From the NCBI RefSeq assembly GCF_037042905.1, contig NC_087252.1, positions 26,848,001 through 26,912,000 on the forward strand: DNA of 64,000 nucleotides. The letters are read 5' to 3'. Below the pieces are notes generated by a model. It searched no databases. It saw nothing but the letters and a program-made list of their open reading frames with translations, and was not told the DNA's origin. The translations under genes and the position numbers were made by a program. Source of the DNA: Lytechinus pictus (lineage: Eukaryota). Positions 51,299 through 64,000 of the stretch are shown piece after piece (within the stretch, counting starts at the first letter, position 1; each line of letters opens with the position of its first letter).

Positions 51299-51780
51299 CT
51301 AATAATTTACTAATTTGAGGGAACATTCTTCCCAACTTTCCAGAGCTCAAAACGACAATTTCATAGAAAATAGGCCTCTAGCTCCCAGTCTGACTTAATA
51401 CCTACTTTCCAATTACACACTTTTACTTTCTTTTCACCTACCATCCTTTCCCCCATTCAGAGAGCCCTATTGTTAAAAGAAGGGGGATAAGAGCTATCCA
51501 CTTACCCCCATAATTGACCATTACCTCCTCCATTTAATTGTCTGCCCCTCTGGACATTTGGTTTTGTTCAGTTATATTGGTCTCTGTACTTCACATTCTT
51601 CATAGAGTTCATACCCTTTAGTAGCGTTCGCATTTGGCCAGTTGAAACGTGCTTAACCTGATACAAGTGCTTCACATCAAGATTCTGGCCAGCCAAATGA
51701 TTCAATTTGAATTTATTCAACCCTATTAAAAAATATAATGCATCAGTTTATCAAACAAAATGGGTAGGCTACCCTATTAA

Positions 51781-52174
51781 AGGTAAATGCTAGTTTTGGT
51801 AACGATATCAAAATGAGTTCGTACAGAATCCAATGAAATGACCACCAAAGTGTCTGTTTGCATAAATAAAACGTATGTGCCAAAGGATTCTGGAAGAAAT
51901 CGTGTAATTGCTGAGAAATCAGCAAATAAGCACAGGATTCGGGTAGAGCGTCGGGCCCGACATTCAAAGCAATAATTATACACTGTCCCACGTGCGCTTA
52001 TCTGTGTTGGGGATCTTCAGTCTGAACATTTTTCAGCGTAGATTTCAAGATTTCACGAAGTTCAGTTTATGTAAATTACCAGATCTAGATCTTTGATGAT
52101 ATACTGACAATTAAGCCTTGTTTTACAGACTTTCTCATGAAATCAGTGTTTACTGCAACTACTGGAATTTCTCT
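51781..52174. mobile_element. Kolobok-like MITE with imperfect TIRs
   Basis: TTAA|aggtaaatgctagt .. actggaatttctct|TTAA. Confidence 0.6.
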
Positions 52175-52386
52175 TTAATGTTCGTAGCTTAGGGCAGGGG
52201 CCAAAACAAAATTTCACATACAAATTATTATACTGTTGTTCATCGATTCGGGCACCTCATCACAATGAATTTCTAATAGAAGCGGTAAATTTATCAAAAG
52301 AAATACATTTTTATGATCCTGCCTTCATTCGTGTGAATACGCTTGTACAAGAAAAAAATGAATATGATCTATAGATTGCACCAGAT

Positions 52387-52674
52387 CACTGGCGTACAAA
52401 TGGGGAAGGCAGGGGGCTTTGGGGGACCACACCTTCCCCCCCCCCCCCCAAAAAAAAAAAGGAGAAAAAAGAAAGAAAATTTACAGACGATTAAGGGTAA
52501 GATATGAAATGCTATTTTCAGAATGTAATGCCCAAATCTGTGACAAAATTGGATTTTCATAAAGGTAAGAACTGTTCATCGCTTACTTTGCTTGCTCTGG
52601 ACTTTTTCTTTCAGATTTTTTTTTTATCCATGTGCCATGTTGTGCCCCCTCAAGTTCAGCTCATTATGCCACTG
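52387..52674. mobile_element. hAT-like MITE
   Basis: Ends cactggcgta / tatgccactg; TSD caccagat vs catcagat (7/8). Confidence 0.72.
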
Positions 52675-52746
52675 CATCAGATTGCATGAAATCTGTGCAC
52701 TGTCCGTTCTCTGTATAACATCCATGGTAACAGGAATCTCACTTAC

Positions 52747-53208
52747 AGGGGAAGTTTACTCTGACACAAATATCAGAAAACATGATAAAAAGTATTGCAG
52801 GTTTAAGGAAAATGTATCAAAGAATTAAAAGTTATTAGAGTTTGAATTATTTGATTTGTGACGTCATATGCAGGCAACTTTCCTACATAGCGAATGGTAA
52901 ATAAAATTGAAAATGGTCTTTACTGTACCTGTACTGTATATCAATAGGCAAATAATTTCACACTCGATATTGAAAAGAAAACAAAAATAAGTCATCAGGA
53001 ACCATTAAAACATGAAATTCATGCATTTACATTACATACCTGTAAGGCTTTAACATATTGGGCAGCTGCTCGTTTATGACGTCACAAATCTAAAACCTTA
53101 ATTTCTAATAACTAATTGTTAACAGATTTTCCTCAAACCTTCACCAATATTTTAAATGATTTTTCTGCTATTTTTAATACAAACATTTCTTCAGGGTGAA
53201 CTTCCCCT
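52747..53208. mobile_element. Kolobok-like MITE
   Basis: ttac|aggggaagtttactctga .. tcagggtgaacttcccct|TTAA. Confidence 0.7.
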
Positions 53209-54914
53209 TTAAATGCCTTACTTAATGTCTGAAATTTTGGGATTTGATGTAACTTTTGTCACAATGGATTTCTTTTTCTATTACACGCAAAACAAACATA
53301 TGACGGTGAATCACCATGCATCCAACTGACCAAATGCCACAACAACAACAATAAAAAAAAAAAAAAACATGTTTGCCTCAATTCTTTGTCCTCTTTGGAC
53401 ACTCAGGACAAAGGGTCAGTTGAATAGGATTGACCAGACCAGAAAACGACTTTGTTTATGAGCCATTCCAGCGATCCTTTTGTCTCTTTGGGAGCTCTGT
53501 CCAAACATGTATTCTTACGGCCTTAGCAATTTCTTATTAAAGCTCTTAGGCTCAGTATTGAAACATCAATCCAGTAAATAATCCTCTTACAACCAGTATT
53601 TAATTCCAGAATTTATCATAATGAGGATTCAGTACTGAATCAGTTGCCATCAAATGCACATACTGTACGCTTTATAAGCATTTGTTACTTTTAAAGGCAT
53701 AGATTAATATTACGAACGTCTCAATTGAAAAAAAATACTGAACCTGGATATAATTGTTCATAGTTTTCATATGGAGGAGAAACACCACAGGAAGAAATAA
53801 AAATGTAATATGCAATATTTATTGAAAGCTACATGTACTAGTAGCCTTGTAAGATCATAAATTGATGATAATGAATTTATTTCAGAAGTCCGGATTTGCC
53901 TTCTTTGAAGTATACTGGATGCAATTGCATGTTTTTAGTTTGACTGCATTGCATAACAAACGCCATAATCCCTCAGATTTTGATCAACAATACCAAGAAA
54001 GGCAAGAATTAAGTAAAAGTCATACATACAATATTGACATTCTTATTAATTTGTTTGCACTCAGTCAAGCAAAGTTATCAAAACACAATTTGTACTTCAA
54101 GGGAGATTTATAATGATCAAATTCCTCCAAATCTTAATGCTTTTTTTTCTCTCTCTTCAAATGTTGTTTATTCTCTGTCTACATGTGTTCCGTTTTATTA
54201 TGAATTGCAGAAAAAAATGAACAAAAAGTCCATTGACAAAAGGAATAGTAAAATATTTGAAGTTGCACTTTGTCCATATCTGCATATACATGTATATCTA
54301 CTTATTCTCTGTGTTAAAAAGTGGAATATTTGCTTTTTGAAATGGACTATGCCCATCTTCATATTTATCTACAATTTACATGTGTACCAATTACTTAAAC
54401 AAGTATTTGTGCTCAGCTTTTAATATGGTTCAACATTGACTCATCGGGTATAATTTAATTGCACAGCCATTAAAGTTATTTTACCATACATGTACCTGTA
54501 CATGGCTGGTAGAATGTCTAAACTTTACCCCATGGTCTTCGTTATAAATATTTTAAGGAAGTTTTTTTAAGCCAGTCACTGTAAGAGCCCCATGTACTGT
54601 TTAAACGTTTAAACACTTGTTTTAAAACTTTTTATAGAACTTGTTTGAAAGATTTTTGTTTAAAAGTTTAAACAACTTGTTTGAAAGATTAATGTTTCAA
54701 AGTTTAAACAACTTGTTTGGAAGATTATTGTTAAAAAAGTTTGAACAACTTGTTTAAAAGTTAAAACAACAGTTTAATTGAGTGAGAGCCTTAAACAACA
54801 TGGTTGATTTTTTAAGAGTATAAAAGGATTCAATCCCATTACTTGTTAAACTGGCTTCCACTATTAAAACAAGAAAGAGGATGAGAATGTGGTCCTAGTT
54901 TATAGTCTAGTCTA

Positions 54915-55287
54915 GGACACCGTTCTCATTATACTTTCTACATGTATAACTGGTTTACTGCAAACCGGTTCGGGAAACCAGTTTGGAAGATCGCAGTGTT
55001 GTGACATGTTTCGTGTGAAATTTCAAACCACAGCGTAGGCATTCTACATACAGTGTGTGGAATAGCGCACTCGAAATGTGCGAAGATCGGTTGTGTCCTC
55101 ACTTACGCCAAAACCAGTTTAACGAGGCAATGCGATCGTTAAAACTACATCGTGAGGTGGTTTTCTGAACCTGTTTGGAAGATCGCTTTCAAGGCCGCTT
55201 ATTCGACCGCTCTCTTTATGTTAAACTAGTTACAACTAAACTTATTTCCAGTAAACTAGTGTAAGGACCGTAGTGGGAAAGGTGTCC
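54915..55287. mobile_element. PIF/Harbinger-like MITE, copy 3 (reverse orientation)
   Basis: Reverse complement aligns with 46653-47097; ends ggacacc / ggtgtcc. Confidence 0.72.
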
Positions 55288-55303
55288 CGAGTTTATACTC
55301 TAT

Positions 55304-56175
55304 GGCCCGTATTCTGAAGTCGAGTTTAACTTTAAACTCGGGTTTAAAGTTGTGGTTTAAGTATGGATAGCCAATTGCTACATAAATCACTAACAGTAGA
55401 TATAATATTTCACCTCATTTGGCTCTCAAATCGTTCATAATTGTGTTGGAAGTATAGATGATTGTCTTTATCAATGAATCAGGAAAGAGCACAGTAAACA
55501 TAAGAACACAACTTAATAAAAATGTTGACACTTTTGGGTTTTGGCTTCCCATAATTTTAGCACAGAGTTATACCCCTTTTATATTAATAATAATAATAAT
55601 GATAATAGGCATTTAAATAGCGCCATCTATCTAGAAATATTCTATTCCGAGGCGCACAAGAAAAGAAAGAAAGTTTGGATGAGTGTCAAAGTGCCAATAA
55701 CTAATACTGTTAGAAAAGATAAGACTTCAGTTTAGATTTGAAGGTCTCCAGTGATGGTATTCTTAAATATCATTCATAAACCCAATTATGCGGCTAATAG
55801 CAGCATAATTTGGTCGTAAAATCGGAGGAGGACCAGAGTTATCCGCATTATTTTGATGCTGCAATTATCCGCATAATAGCGGCATCGGGACCAGATTTTG
55901 ACTTTATGAACGCATTTCCAGAGTAATGCGGATAATTGCCATGGTGCGGTCACAAGGTCACTCTTTTCCAACACAACCGCATCGGAGGGGGTGTGTGCGG
56001 TTGCCATGACGATTATCCACTTTTTTCAGGACGGGCGCTCGTAAAAATAGTGCGGATTATTTTCGGAGTTTGTGAACGCAATTTTTATTGAATTATCCGT
56101 ATTACTCTTAGGCGGCTAATTGGAGGATGGGTTTATGAAAGGGGTATAAGGTAAACCTGACTTCAGAGTACAGCC
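55304..56175. mobile_element. MITE containing nested MITE 55571-56146, itself interrupted by a retroelement 3' fragment (about 55581-55772, minus strand)
   Basis: Outer ends ggcccgtattctgaagtc / gacttcagagtacagcc; inner tacccctt..aaggggta; innermost (AAT)n-ggcatttaaatagcgcc is a reversed LINE/SINE tail. Confidence 0.75.
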
Positions 56176-56776
56176 CTCTGACTCTCCGAATTCTAGTTTA
56201 GAGTCTCCGGACCAAATGAAATGAAATACCTCATCATTTTGGTATGCAGCAAATCCCTACCTTATCTGACAAGTTTTGAAAACCAAAGATGTTTATCGGG
56301 TTCCTCTCTGACCTCATTACACAGGGAGCAGATGCCTGCATTGTTTTGCTGAAAATAACCAAAATTTCTCAATTTGAAGGGTTCATTTCCAAATAGGGCT
56401 AAAACCAGGTTTCAAATTCCACACATTTTGCATTTAGATGGTGTAAATCCTTAAAAGTATTAAAAAAAGACTGCAGAATTAAAGCTTTGGTTATTAGGGG
56501 TCAGTACTGTGGACTATATTTTAGTATCATCAAGCATTTTTCAACTAAAACACAGTAGTCAGTGAATGCATTTTTCTACCCATTATAATTGAAATATGGC
56601 ATTTTACTGCCTGTTAGGATTGATATTTTTATCTACATGTAGGGCCAAGTCTCTGTAAAGTACAAGAAGAATAGCTGTTTGAGCACTTACTTTACAGTTT
56701 CATTAGAAAGTTATACTCACAGTGACAAAGATCATATTCTGAAATTTTCAGCCCATTTCATGCTTGAAGGTCTTAA

Positions 56777-57143
56777 AGTGATTGTTTAACATTGGTTTGA
56801 CTTTAAAAAAATCTAAGCTAGAAGGTCACACTTGTCACCTGTGTCTGTGATATGTTACGAAAATGAAGCCCAGAAAAAATTGTGTTCGAAAATATTTATT
56901 TAGTGCTTCAAAAATTGAAAGTAAAGTGACCGGAAACACCATCTTAATTTCATCCCATACACTTATGTGGACTATTTAGGCATCTTATTTACAAAATTGG
57001 GGTTTGCCTTGTAGTTTTAGCTTTTCATTCTCAATAATGGTTGTTTTCAGGGTTTATTAGTTCTAATACATGCACTTGTACACATGTTTCATCTTGGTTT
57101 GAGAATTTTTTAAATCGGCTGCTCACAAAGTTAAACAATCCCT
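56777..57143. mobile_element. Kolobok-like MITE
   Basis: TTAA|agtgattgtttaac .. gttaaacaatccct|TTAA. Confidence 0.78.
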
Positions 57144-58017
57144 TTAATACAGAAAAATACCCTGATATTTTACTTTGATCTGTCACCCAATGTAATTAAA
57201 TTTTGATGTAAAATCAGTACATTTTTCTAGCAAAAAACATTTTCAGTTTATATCCCTCCTCTCCACACCACAACCATTTTGGGCACTTGCTTTAATGAAT
57301 GGCATAGTGATATGCTTTTTGGATTTATTCCCTTTTGGAGGGGATTGGTGTTATTTCCAAAATTCGATCGAAAATGAAAAGTTGCATATTTTGAGCATCC
57401 CACCATTTTTAAAAATTATGAGTAATTTTGAAGGGTAGGGCTGTAACACATTTCATTTCTTTGGATATGTGATCAAATTTCTTGGAATGTTTGATTTCAT
57501 ATTTTGAGAGCAAGAACGGAACATAATTTATAGGGACACTCTTCGACGGTTGACACTCGTCGCAAAGAACTATATCCTAAATGTATTTGTTGAACAAGGT
57601 ACGATCAAGATATTAAAATGCCTCCTTACCCCCCCCCCACACAAAAAAAAAATACAATAAAAAATTTCTTTCTCCAATTTTACAGTTGAAATGAAATTCC
57701 AGGGATGAATACATGCAGGTAGTTGATAAATGATTTCATGAACCACCCCCTTCAATGATAAAATCCTCCCTAATTTTATGAGGACAATGTTCACCAACAC
57801 CCCCCCCCCTTACCAACTCCCTTCTTGCAACTATATCCAGAACTCTCTGCCTCGCATGTTGGTACCTAACTTTGGGCTTCAAGGATATAGCCTATAAAAT
57901 ATTTTTTTTTATTTGGCAAGAATGTTTATTAATGTTTGAGGTATTATTGTGAAAGAGACCATGTGGCAGTTACATGCATGATCACATCCGGAGGAATTGA
58001 AACTAGGCCAGTCCCAC

Positions 58018-58452
58018 TAGGTGGTTTCAAACTGCCTTGATCATAAGAATCCCCAATAAATTGCGAGAACTTTTTAAGGCTAAAAAATACCCATTAATTA
58101 TTCCTGCATTCAAACCGCCCAGAAACATACCCTTCGGGATATGTTCCTGAAGTTACGAGCATGCGCAGTATGGTCTGATAAGCAGGCAAGGCCCGAGATT
58201 CAAAATCACTAGCCCAGCAGCCACCCACGGCGCCCGCGCCCAACGACACGCTGGGCTAAAAGTTCCCGTAAATTGCTTTCACATTGCCAATATACCTGCG
58301 ACCTTGGTAAAATCCCCGCGAAAGTTCTCGTAATTTCGCCAAATACCTACTATTTAGTGGGTATTTTCTTTCGGGGAAATTACGCGTAGTTTCCTTTCAC
58401 ATTACCAAAATACCTGGAACTGAAGAACTTTGAGGCGGTCTGAAACCACCTA
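58018..58452. mobile_element. MITE (PIF/Harbinger-like termini)
   Basis: TIR taggtggtttcaaactgcct / aggcggtctgaaaccaccta. Confidence 0.72.
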
Positions 58453-58885
58453 TTGTATGATGCTATAAATATTGACATTCTTTTGGCCTGCAGGAATGAA
58501 ACAAAACAAAAGGTTTGCTGTATCATTGTGGTAAAGGTATTTTAACCACAAAGATTCTCAAAAGTTAGAGGGATTATGGCATTTGTCAATCTTATCATAA
58601 TGATTTTTATTTAGGTCTCTGAAGCTTTGTTGCCTTGGTAATGGAAAATCAAACAGTCTTTGCTTTGTATTTTGAAAGCTATTTGTTCTATCATGTCTCT
58701 GTTTTATATTTTTGATTTATTAATATTTTCTTCTTTTTGTTGTTTTTGTCACTATGGCATAGAAATATGTTGGCTGATATTTAAGCCGATGTGGTATGTC
58801 TTCTCCATTCCTATTTCTCTCTCTTTCTTAATATTGTCTGCGCAAAGTCCAAGTCCACAAATTTGTGAAGTAGTACATGTATGTA

Positions 58886-59156
58886 GGGGCATCATGGTAT
58901 AGTGGTTACGATCCTTGTCTTTCAATCTGAGGGACATGGGTTCGATTCCAATCCATGGCATATTTTCCGTTCTGCAAAAAATTTACCCACATTGTGCTGC
59001 ACTTAACCCAGGTGAGGCGAATGGGTACCTGGTAGGAAGAAATTCCTTAAATGCTTGAGTGCATATGATGGCTCGGCTAGAGCCGGGGTAATGATAATGA
59101 TACCAAAATGTCAAGCGGAATACAGTAGCCGCGCTATAAATGGTCCATATTATTAT
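58886..59156 (+). mobile_element. tRNA-derived SINE, complete
   Basis: A box tggtatagtgg, B box ggttcgattcc, core acccaggtgaggcgaatgggtacctg, tail gcgctataaat..(TAT)n; 12-bp TSD tacatgtatgta (58874-58885, 59157-59168). Confidence 0.9.
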
Positions 59157-59754
59157 TACATGTATGTATTTGAGACCCTGCCTTGGCTGATATCATAGGC
59201 CTGTATATATTGAATTTTCAATATCTTCCAAGGCGTTTTGGTTTACAATATAGATTTGAGAGAAGATGGGGGGGGGGGGGGGGTTATTGATTACCGCAAT
59301 CAATGGGAATTCTTTGAATGCTTTGTTCCAATTATATGTCTTGAACAATACAGGGCTGCTAACTATTCTCATCAAGAGTGAGGCTCGCTCATTTTGGTCC
59401 TTTCTCACTTTAAAATTTTGTTTAATTCGAATGCATTCCTATTCGATCTCCCTTATTTTGACCCCAAAATTATATACATGTAATTGGCCCATGGGGGTTC
59501 ATTTCACTCTCAACTAGATTATAGTACTAACGTAAGGTATACAAGACCACTGACATTTAGGCTACCATACATTTAGACTCTCCATTTAGATTATTTGATT
59601 TCAATGCAGGAGGGGGGGGGGGTAAATAGATTTGACATCAAAATCAATGAAAATGCTTTGTTCAGTTTTAAGGAGCAATAGACCATCATTGACTTTTACT
59701 TGTAAGGACTTTAGATTACAAGATTAGAAATCTTTGCTTCATCAATCAAGTGTA

Positions 59755-59985
59755 CACTGTAAAAACTGTGGTGTTAAAACTGACACCAATAGGTGTTAAT
59801 AGAGGACCACACCCTGAGGTGTTAAAATAACACCCTAGAGATTGAACATAACACCAAAGAGTGTAAATGTAACAACCATACATGTAGGTGTTGTAATAAC
59901 ACCTATAGGTGTAAAACTAACACCAGTGTAAAATAACTGGTGTGGTCCTCTATGTACACCGGTTAACACCACAGTTTTTGCTGTG
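59755..59985. mobile_element. CAC..GTG MITE family, copy 2 (reverse)
   Basis: TA|cactgtaaaaactgtggtgttaa .. ttaacaccacagtttttgctgtg|TA. Confidence 0.85.
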
Positions 59986-60235
59986 TATCATTACAAGGTA
60001 TATCTTGAAATAGAGAATCTATGCTGATGATTAAAGTAATGATCCTACAAGTTTAATACAGCATCTGTTTTTTTGGCATATAGGCCTATTGTAAAATAGT
60101 CAAATTTCCATTTGAAGTGATCGATCAATAGCTTATCGGTGTCCAAATGAGGGGCTGTGGCGGAATTGGCTGAAAGAGAAATCCATAGCACAGTCCTGTG
60201 TACATGTTTTATAGGCATATATAATTGGAAGTTAA

Positions 60236-60819
60236 AGGAGAATGAAACTCTTGGAGCAAGTTAGCTTTTGTGAAAGCAGAAAAATCAAAGAATAAGATCA
60301 ACAAAAGTTTGAGTAAAATAGGACTAGCAATAGAAGAGTTGTGAGCATTTGAATGCCGAGATCACTAATGCTATGGAGATCCTCCTATTGGCAATGCGAC
60401 CAAGATCTATGATGTCACAGATGAACAACTCTCCCCTTTTGGACACTGAAAATATACCCCAAAACATCTCTTTTTGCTCATTCTAATCATATGACAAACG
60501 ATTCATCAATGATATAATGCTGTGAAACCTCTGTACTTGTCCTCTCATAAAGAGAACATCTCACCTTGTGATAGACTCTATAAAAGTGAGAATATAAGTG
60601 AAATAAGTACTAAAGTAATGAGGGAGTTGTACGTGTGTGACATCACAGATCTTGGTGGCATTGCCAATGGGAGGATCTACATGGCATTAGTGATCTCAAT
60701 ATTCAAATGCCCATAACTTTCTTATTATTCATTCAATCTTCCTCAAACTTTCAACAATATGTTTCTTTGATTTTTCTCTTTGATATGGATTCAGCTGGTT
60801 TCAAGGGTTTCATTCTCCT
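60236..60819. mobile_element. Kolobok-like MITE with long subterminal inverted repeats
   Basis: TTAA|aggagaatgaaac .. gtttcattctcct|TTAA; internal inversion gagatcactaatgc..ctcctattggcaatgc / gcattgccaatgggag..gcattagtgatctc. Confidence 0.85.
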
Positions 60820-60889
60820 TTAACAAAATGCTGTACATAATTTAGTCCAATTATATTGATCTTTACTCTGCTTTCACTTAAACCATCAG

Positions 60890-61168
60890 GGCCCAGTTTT
60901 ACAAAGAGTTACAATTGATCCAGACAATGAATAGTAACTCTGTGGTATTAATCCATCGGTGTCATAATTTTTTCTACAGGAAATTTGCAAATTGTCCTTT
61001 GTAAACAACCACACCAAATTGTCAAGGAATCAATGAATTTATGGATATACATTCATATCTAGAACAAGTTTTGAGCAAACATGCATTTTACATAGTATAT
61101 GTTGACTTTGCTGGCTTTCCATAGTTGCGATTGATCGGATCAATCGCAACTCTTTGTAAGACAGGGCC
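60890..61168. mobile_element. PIF/Harbinger-like MITE with CAG TSD
   Basis: CAG|ggcccagttttacaaagagttacaattgatcc .. ggatcaatcgcaactctttgtaagacagggcc|CAG. Confidence 0.78.
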
Positions 61169-62283
61169 CAGAAGTAGCCTGCATGGACATGTAGAGGGAG
61201 GAGGCGGGGGGGGGGGGGGGTAGAGAAGGGGAGGGGGTGGGGGAAGACACAGATAGAAATTGGGGGGGGGGATAATAAGCCTCGGAAAAGAGAAAGGAGA
61301 GCATCACCATGGATCAAGGAAATTAACAAAACAAAATAAACGTGAGGCAGATTGCAATTTGAATAGATTGCATCATACATGTATCTCTGGTAGGGCAACC
61401 ATTTTAACGATCTAATTGGCAAATTTAACTAGATCACATTAGATTGAGTTTGTAGCCCTATAAGCTACATGTATGCAGCTACATACATACATTGTATATT
61501 GGCATAGATGTGTGTGAAATCAGTGTTTTGAATTACTATATTTACACACAATTGAGATGGTCATCATAAAAAGTAAATAAAAAGGCAAAAATACAAATTT
61601 GTCTCTACATGTATTAGTAGTTTCTAATATACATGTACACCTGTATGAGCAAGACCCTCATGACTTCTAGTTCTATTGACCCACTTATTTAAAGTACTAA
61701 AAACTTCTATCTGGATATTATTGTAGATCATGTTGGCCTGAATACGTACATAGGCCTACACAGAGCTGAATATCTTATCCAGGCCCCTGGCTTGATTCAC
61801 ATGCAGGACATGAACAGACTCAGTGTCCAGACATCTTTTCTTTGATTGAGCATTGTCCTTGAAGCATGCAGGCAAACATCTTTTGGCTGGGAGATAATGA
61901 ATGAAGACCGTTGAAACCAGTTTAGAGGGATCCCACCTCTTATTGTCCGTTCACATTGTCCCCACCAGACATCATTGATTAATCCAGTCTGTTTGTCTAT
62001 TTTTGGCCGGCCTGGGCCCTGGCAAATGCAGTGGTCATTTTCTGTTTGAAAATTTGAAATATGCATCCTTGTGTTTACCAGTGCACATTATTAAAGCATT
62101 AAGCGTTTTATTTCAGAAGCTTTGGCCTTGTAGACTGGTGCGGTCTAATGATGACCAAAGAAATTCTAGGGAATAATTTTAAAGGGGTCGGGGGATTGTG
62201 TAATGGCTATGTCTGGAAACATACCTTCAAGTGAATTTCAATCACTTGCTGATAATGATAATTAACACAGCAATTATTATCTA

Positions 62284-62522
62284 CACAGCAAAAACTGCGG
62301 TGTTAACTGGTGTACATAGAGGACCACACCAGTGATTTTACACCGGTGTTAAATTGACAGTGTTAGTTTAGCACCTATAGGTGTTATTGCAACACCTTTG
62401 GTTGTTACATGCACGCTCTTTGGTGTTATATTCAATCTCTAGGGTGTAATTTTAACACCAGAGGGTGTGGTTTTCTATTAACACCCACTGGTGTCAGTTT
62501 TAACACCACAGTTTTTACAGTG
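62284..62522. mobile_element. CAC..GTG MITE family, copy 3
   Basis: TA|cacagcaaaaactgcggtgttaa .. ttaacaccacagtttttacagtg|TA. Confidence 0.85.
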
Positions 62523-64000
62523 TAGTAAACTATTCCGAGGTGCAGAGGGATGGTGGGGGGATTACAGGTAAATAATGTTTGTTTGAATGGGTGTATGAAC
62601 AGATCTAATTAGCTTATAAAAATATTCTACAAAAGATAGAAGAAAACATATAGGATTTTAAATACTTTATAAATACTCAAGCGATTCTGCTGATCAGATC
62701 AGATCAGTGATGTTTGGAACTTTGTTGTACATAGTCCTTTGCTTATTCCCTATATATATGCTTCCTTAAATTCAAACCCACTTATACATGTAGCATAAGT
62801 ATGCTTGCAAGCGACATGTATTAACTAGCAAGCAATGAACTGGTCACTGCAGCTATATTTCATAGAATGCTCACCAGTCTAGGTTAATTTGTTTAGGTCA
62901 GTGATGGATGTTTCTTTCCTTGGAAACTCTAGTAATGAGGTACTGTGTTATTAATAATACACACCATTTCTCTGACCTCTCTGCTGTTTGTTTTCATCAA
63001 GGGGAGTTACAAGGCTTTTGGATATTGGAGCTAAACTATTTTAACTGATTGGTTTTATATTAATAATTCAAGGCTCCACAGTCCACACTAACATGTTCAC
63101 CAAAATAATCACAATTTCACAATTTTGGTGGCTTGCAAAGCGAATTTAGTGGCCTGAAACAATGGAAAACATTTATTGAAACTTTGGTAGCCCAACCTGC
63201 CCTCCAAGTGTTGGCTTTTGAAGAATTTTGGTGGCCCAATTCTCATTTTTGGTTGCCCCGGGCCACTGCTAATGTCGATCTTTGCTTGATTCATCATCAA
63301 GTTTTAGGTTATCAAAATAGGTTGGAAGGGTAACCTTGGCCTGGGGTAGCTCTTGATCGCCATGACAACGGCTAATTTCCATTTGTGTCCTTAGTACCTT
63401 CATACATAAGTAACCGATGACAAGCAAAACACACTTGGGAAAAGTGATAGGCCTACCACAAACTTCATCCAACAGGTCTAGAAGTAGCTACACTATAAAA
63501 GAAGCAAGATAAATTGCACAATATAAAAGACAGAGATATATAAAATTTGTGTAACAGGCAATATACTCTTAACAGAATAGATGCTGAAAATAAATGACAT
63601 TCATGTAGGCATACACACCCACAGAAAATCTGTAGGATTATATGAATGTGAGTTATACATGTTGTACCACTATCCTAGCTGTTTTCAAGAGTTCTGAGAC
63701 TCAATCATAATGGATAGAAAATAAAGTACTACAACTAAACAATGCGTAGTTGAATACTTGAAGTTCTTGCATTGATACCTTTTGTTGTGCAGTTCTTACC
63801 CAATCTTGTAACCCATTTGATAGCCTTTGTTATCAAAGTAATGGGTAGTTTTAATAAGATGAGATTCTATTGATTAGAGGATTACACATTGCCTAGTCAC
63901 CCCATTCATAAGGGCTTTTGGCAAAGTGGTTCAAAGAAACTTTGGATTTGATACAAAGACCTGTAAAGATGTTGGGAATGGTTTTGAAGGTAATAGGGGG

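Noticed and set aside
51075..51318. Asp-rich and Met-rich ORFs
   Set aside because: (GAT)n microsatellite with no credible splice context.
58886..58960. Functional tRNA gene
   Set aside because: Followed by SINE core, (TAT)n tail and a 12-bp TSD; it is a SINE head.

Overview
Eukaryotic, AT-rich, transposon-dense animal DNA; the repeat landscape and gene style suggest an echinoderm (sea-urchin-like) genome, which is inference. Two host genes lie on +. The first is the 3' part of a gene whose five phase-compatible exons (2510-2754, 3236-3364, 13996-14182, 14586-14643, 25189-25459) encode 296 aa: the end of a ZU5-like domain with a PIDD-type HFSW autoproteolysis motif, a UPA-like region and a C-terminal death domain. 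The second is the first (signal-peptide) exon of a gene at 39814-39862, preceded by a heat-shock-element/kappaB-like cluster and followed by an intron of at least 24 kb. The introns of the first gene hold a five-deep nest of transposons built around an 8.1-kb Foldback-like element, a Penelope-type remnant with a hammerhead ribozyme motif, a 5.6-kb satellite with a 70-bp unit and a Helentron/DINE-like element with 154-bp repeats. Between the genes is a full-length but disrupted Tx1-clade retrotransposon inserted in a (TTTC)n microsatellite. The remainder is MITEs, SINEs and microsatellites. Most ORFs in the supplied track are spurious.
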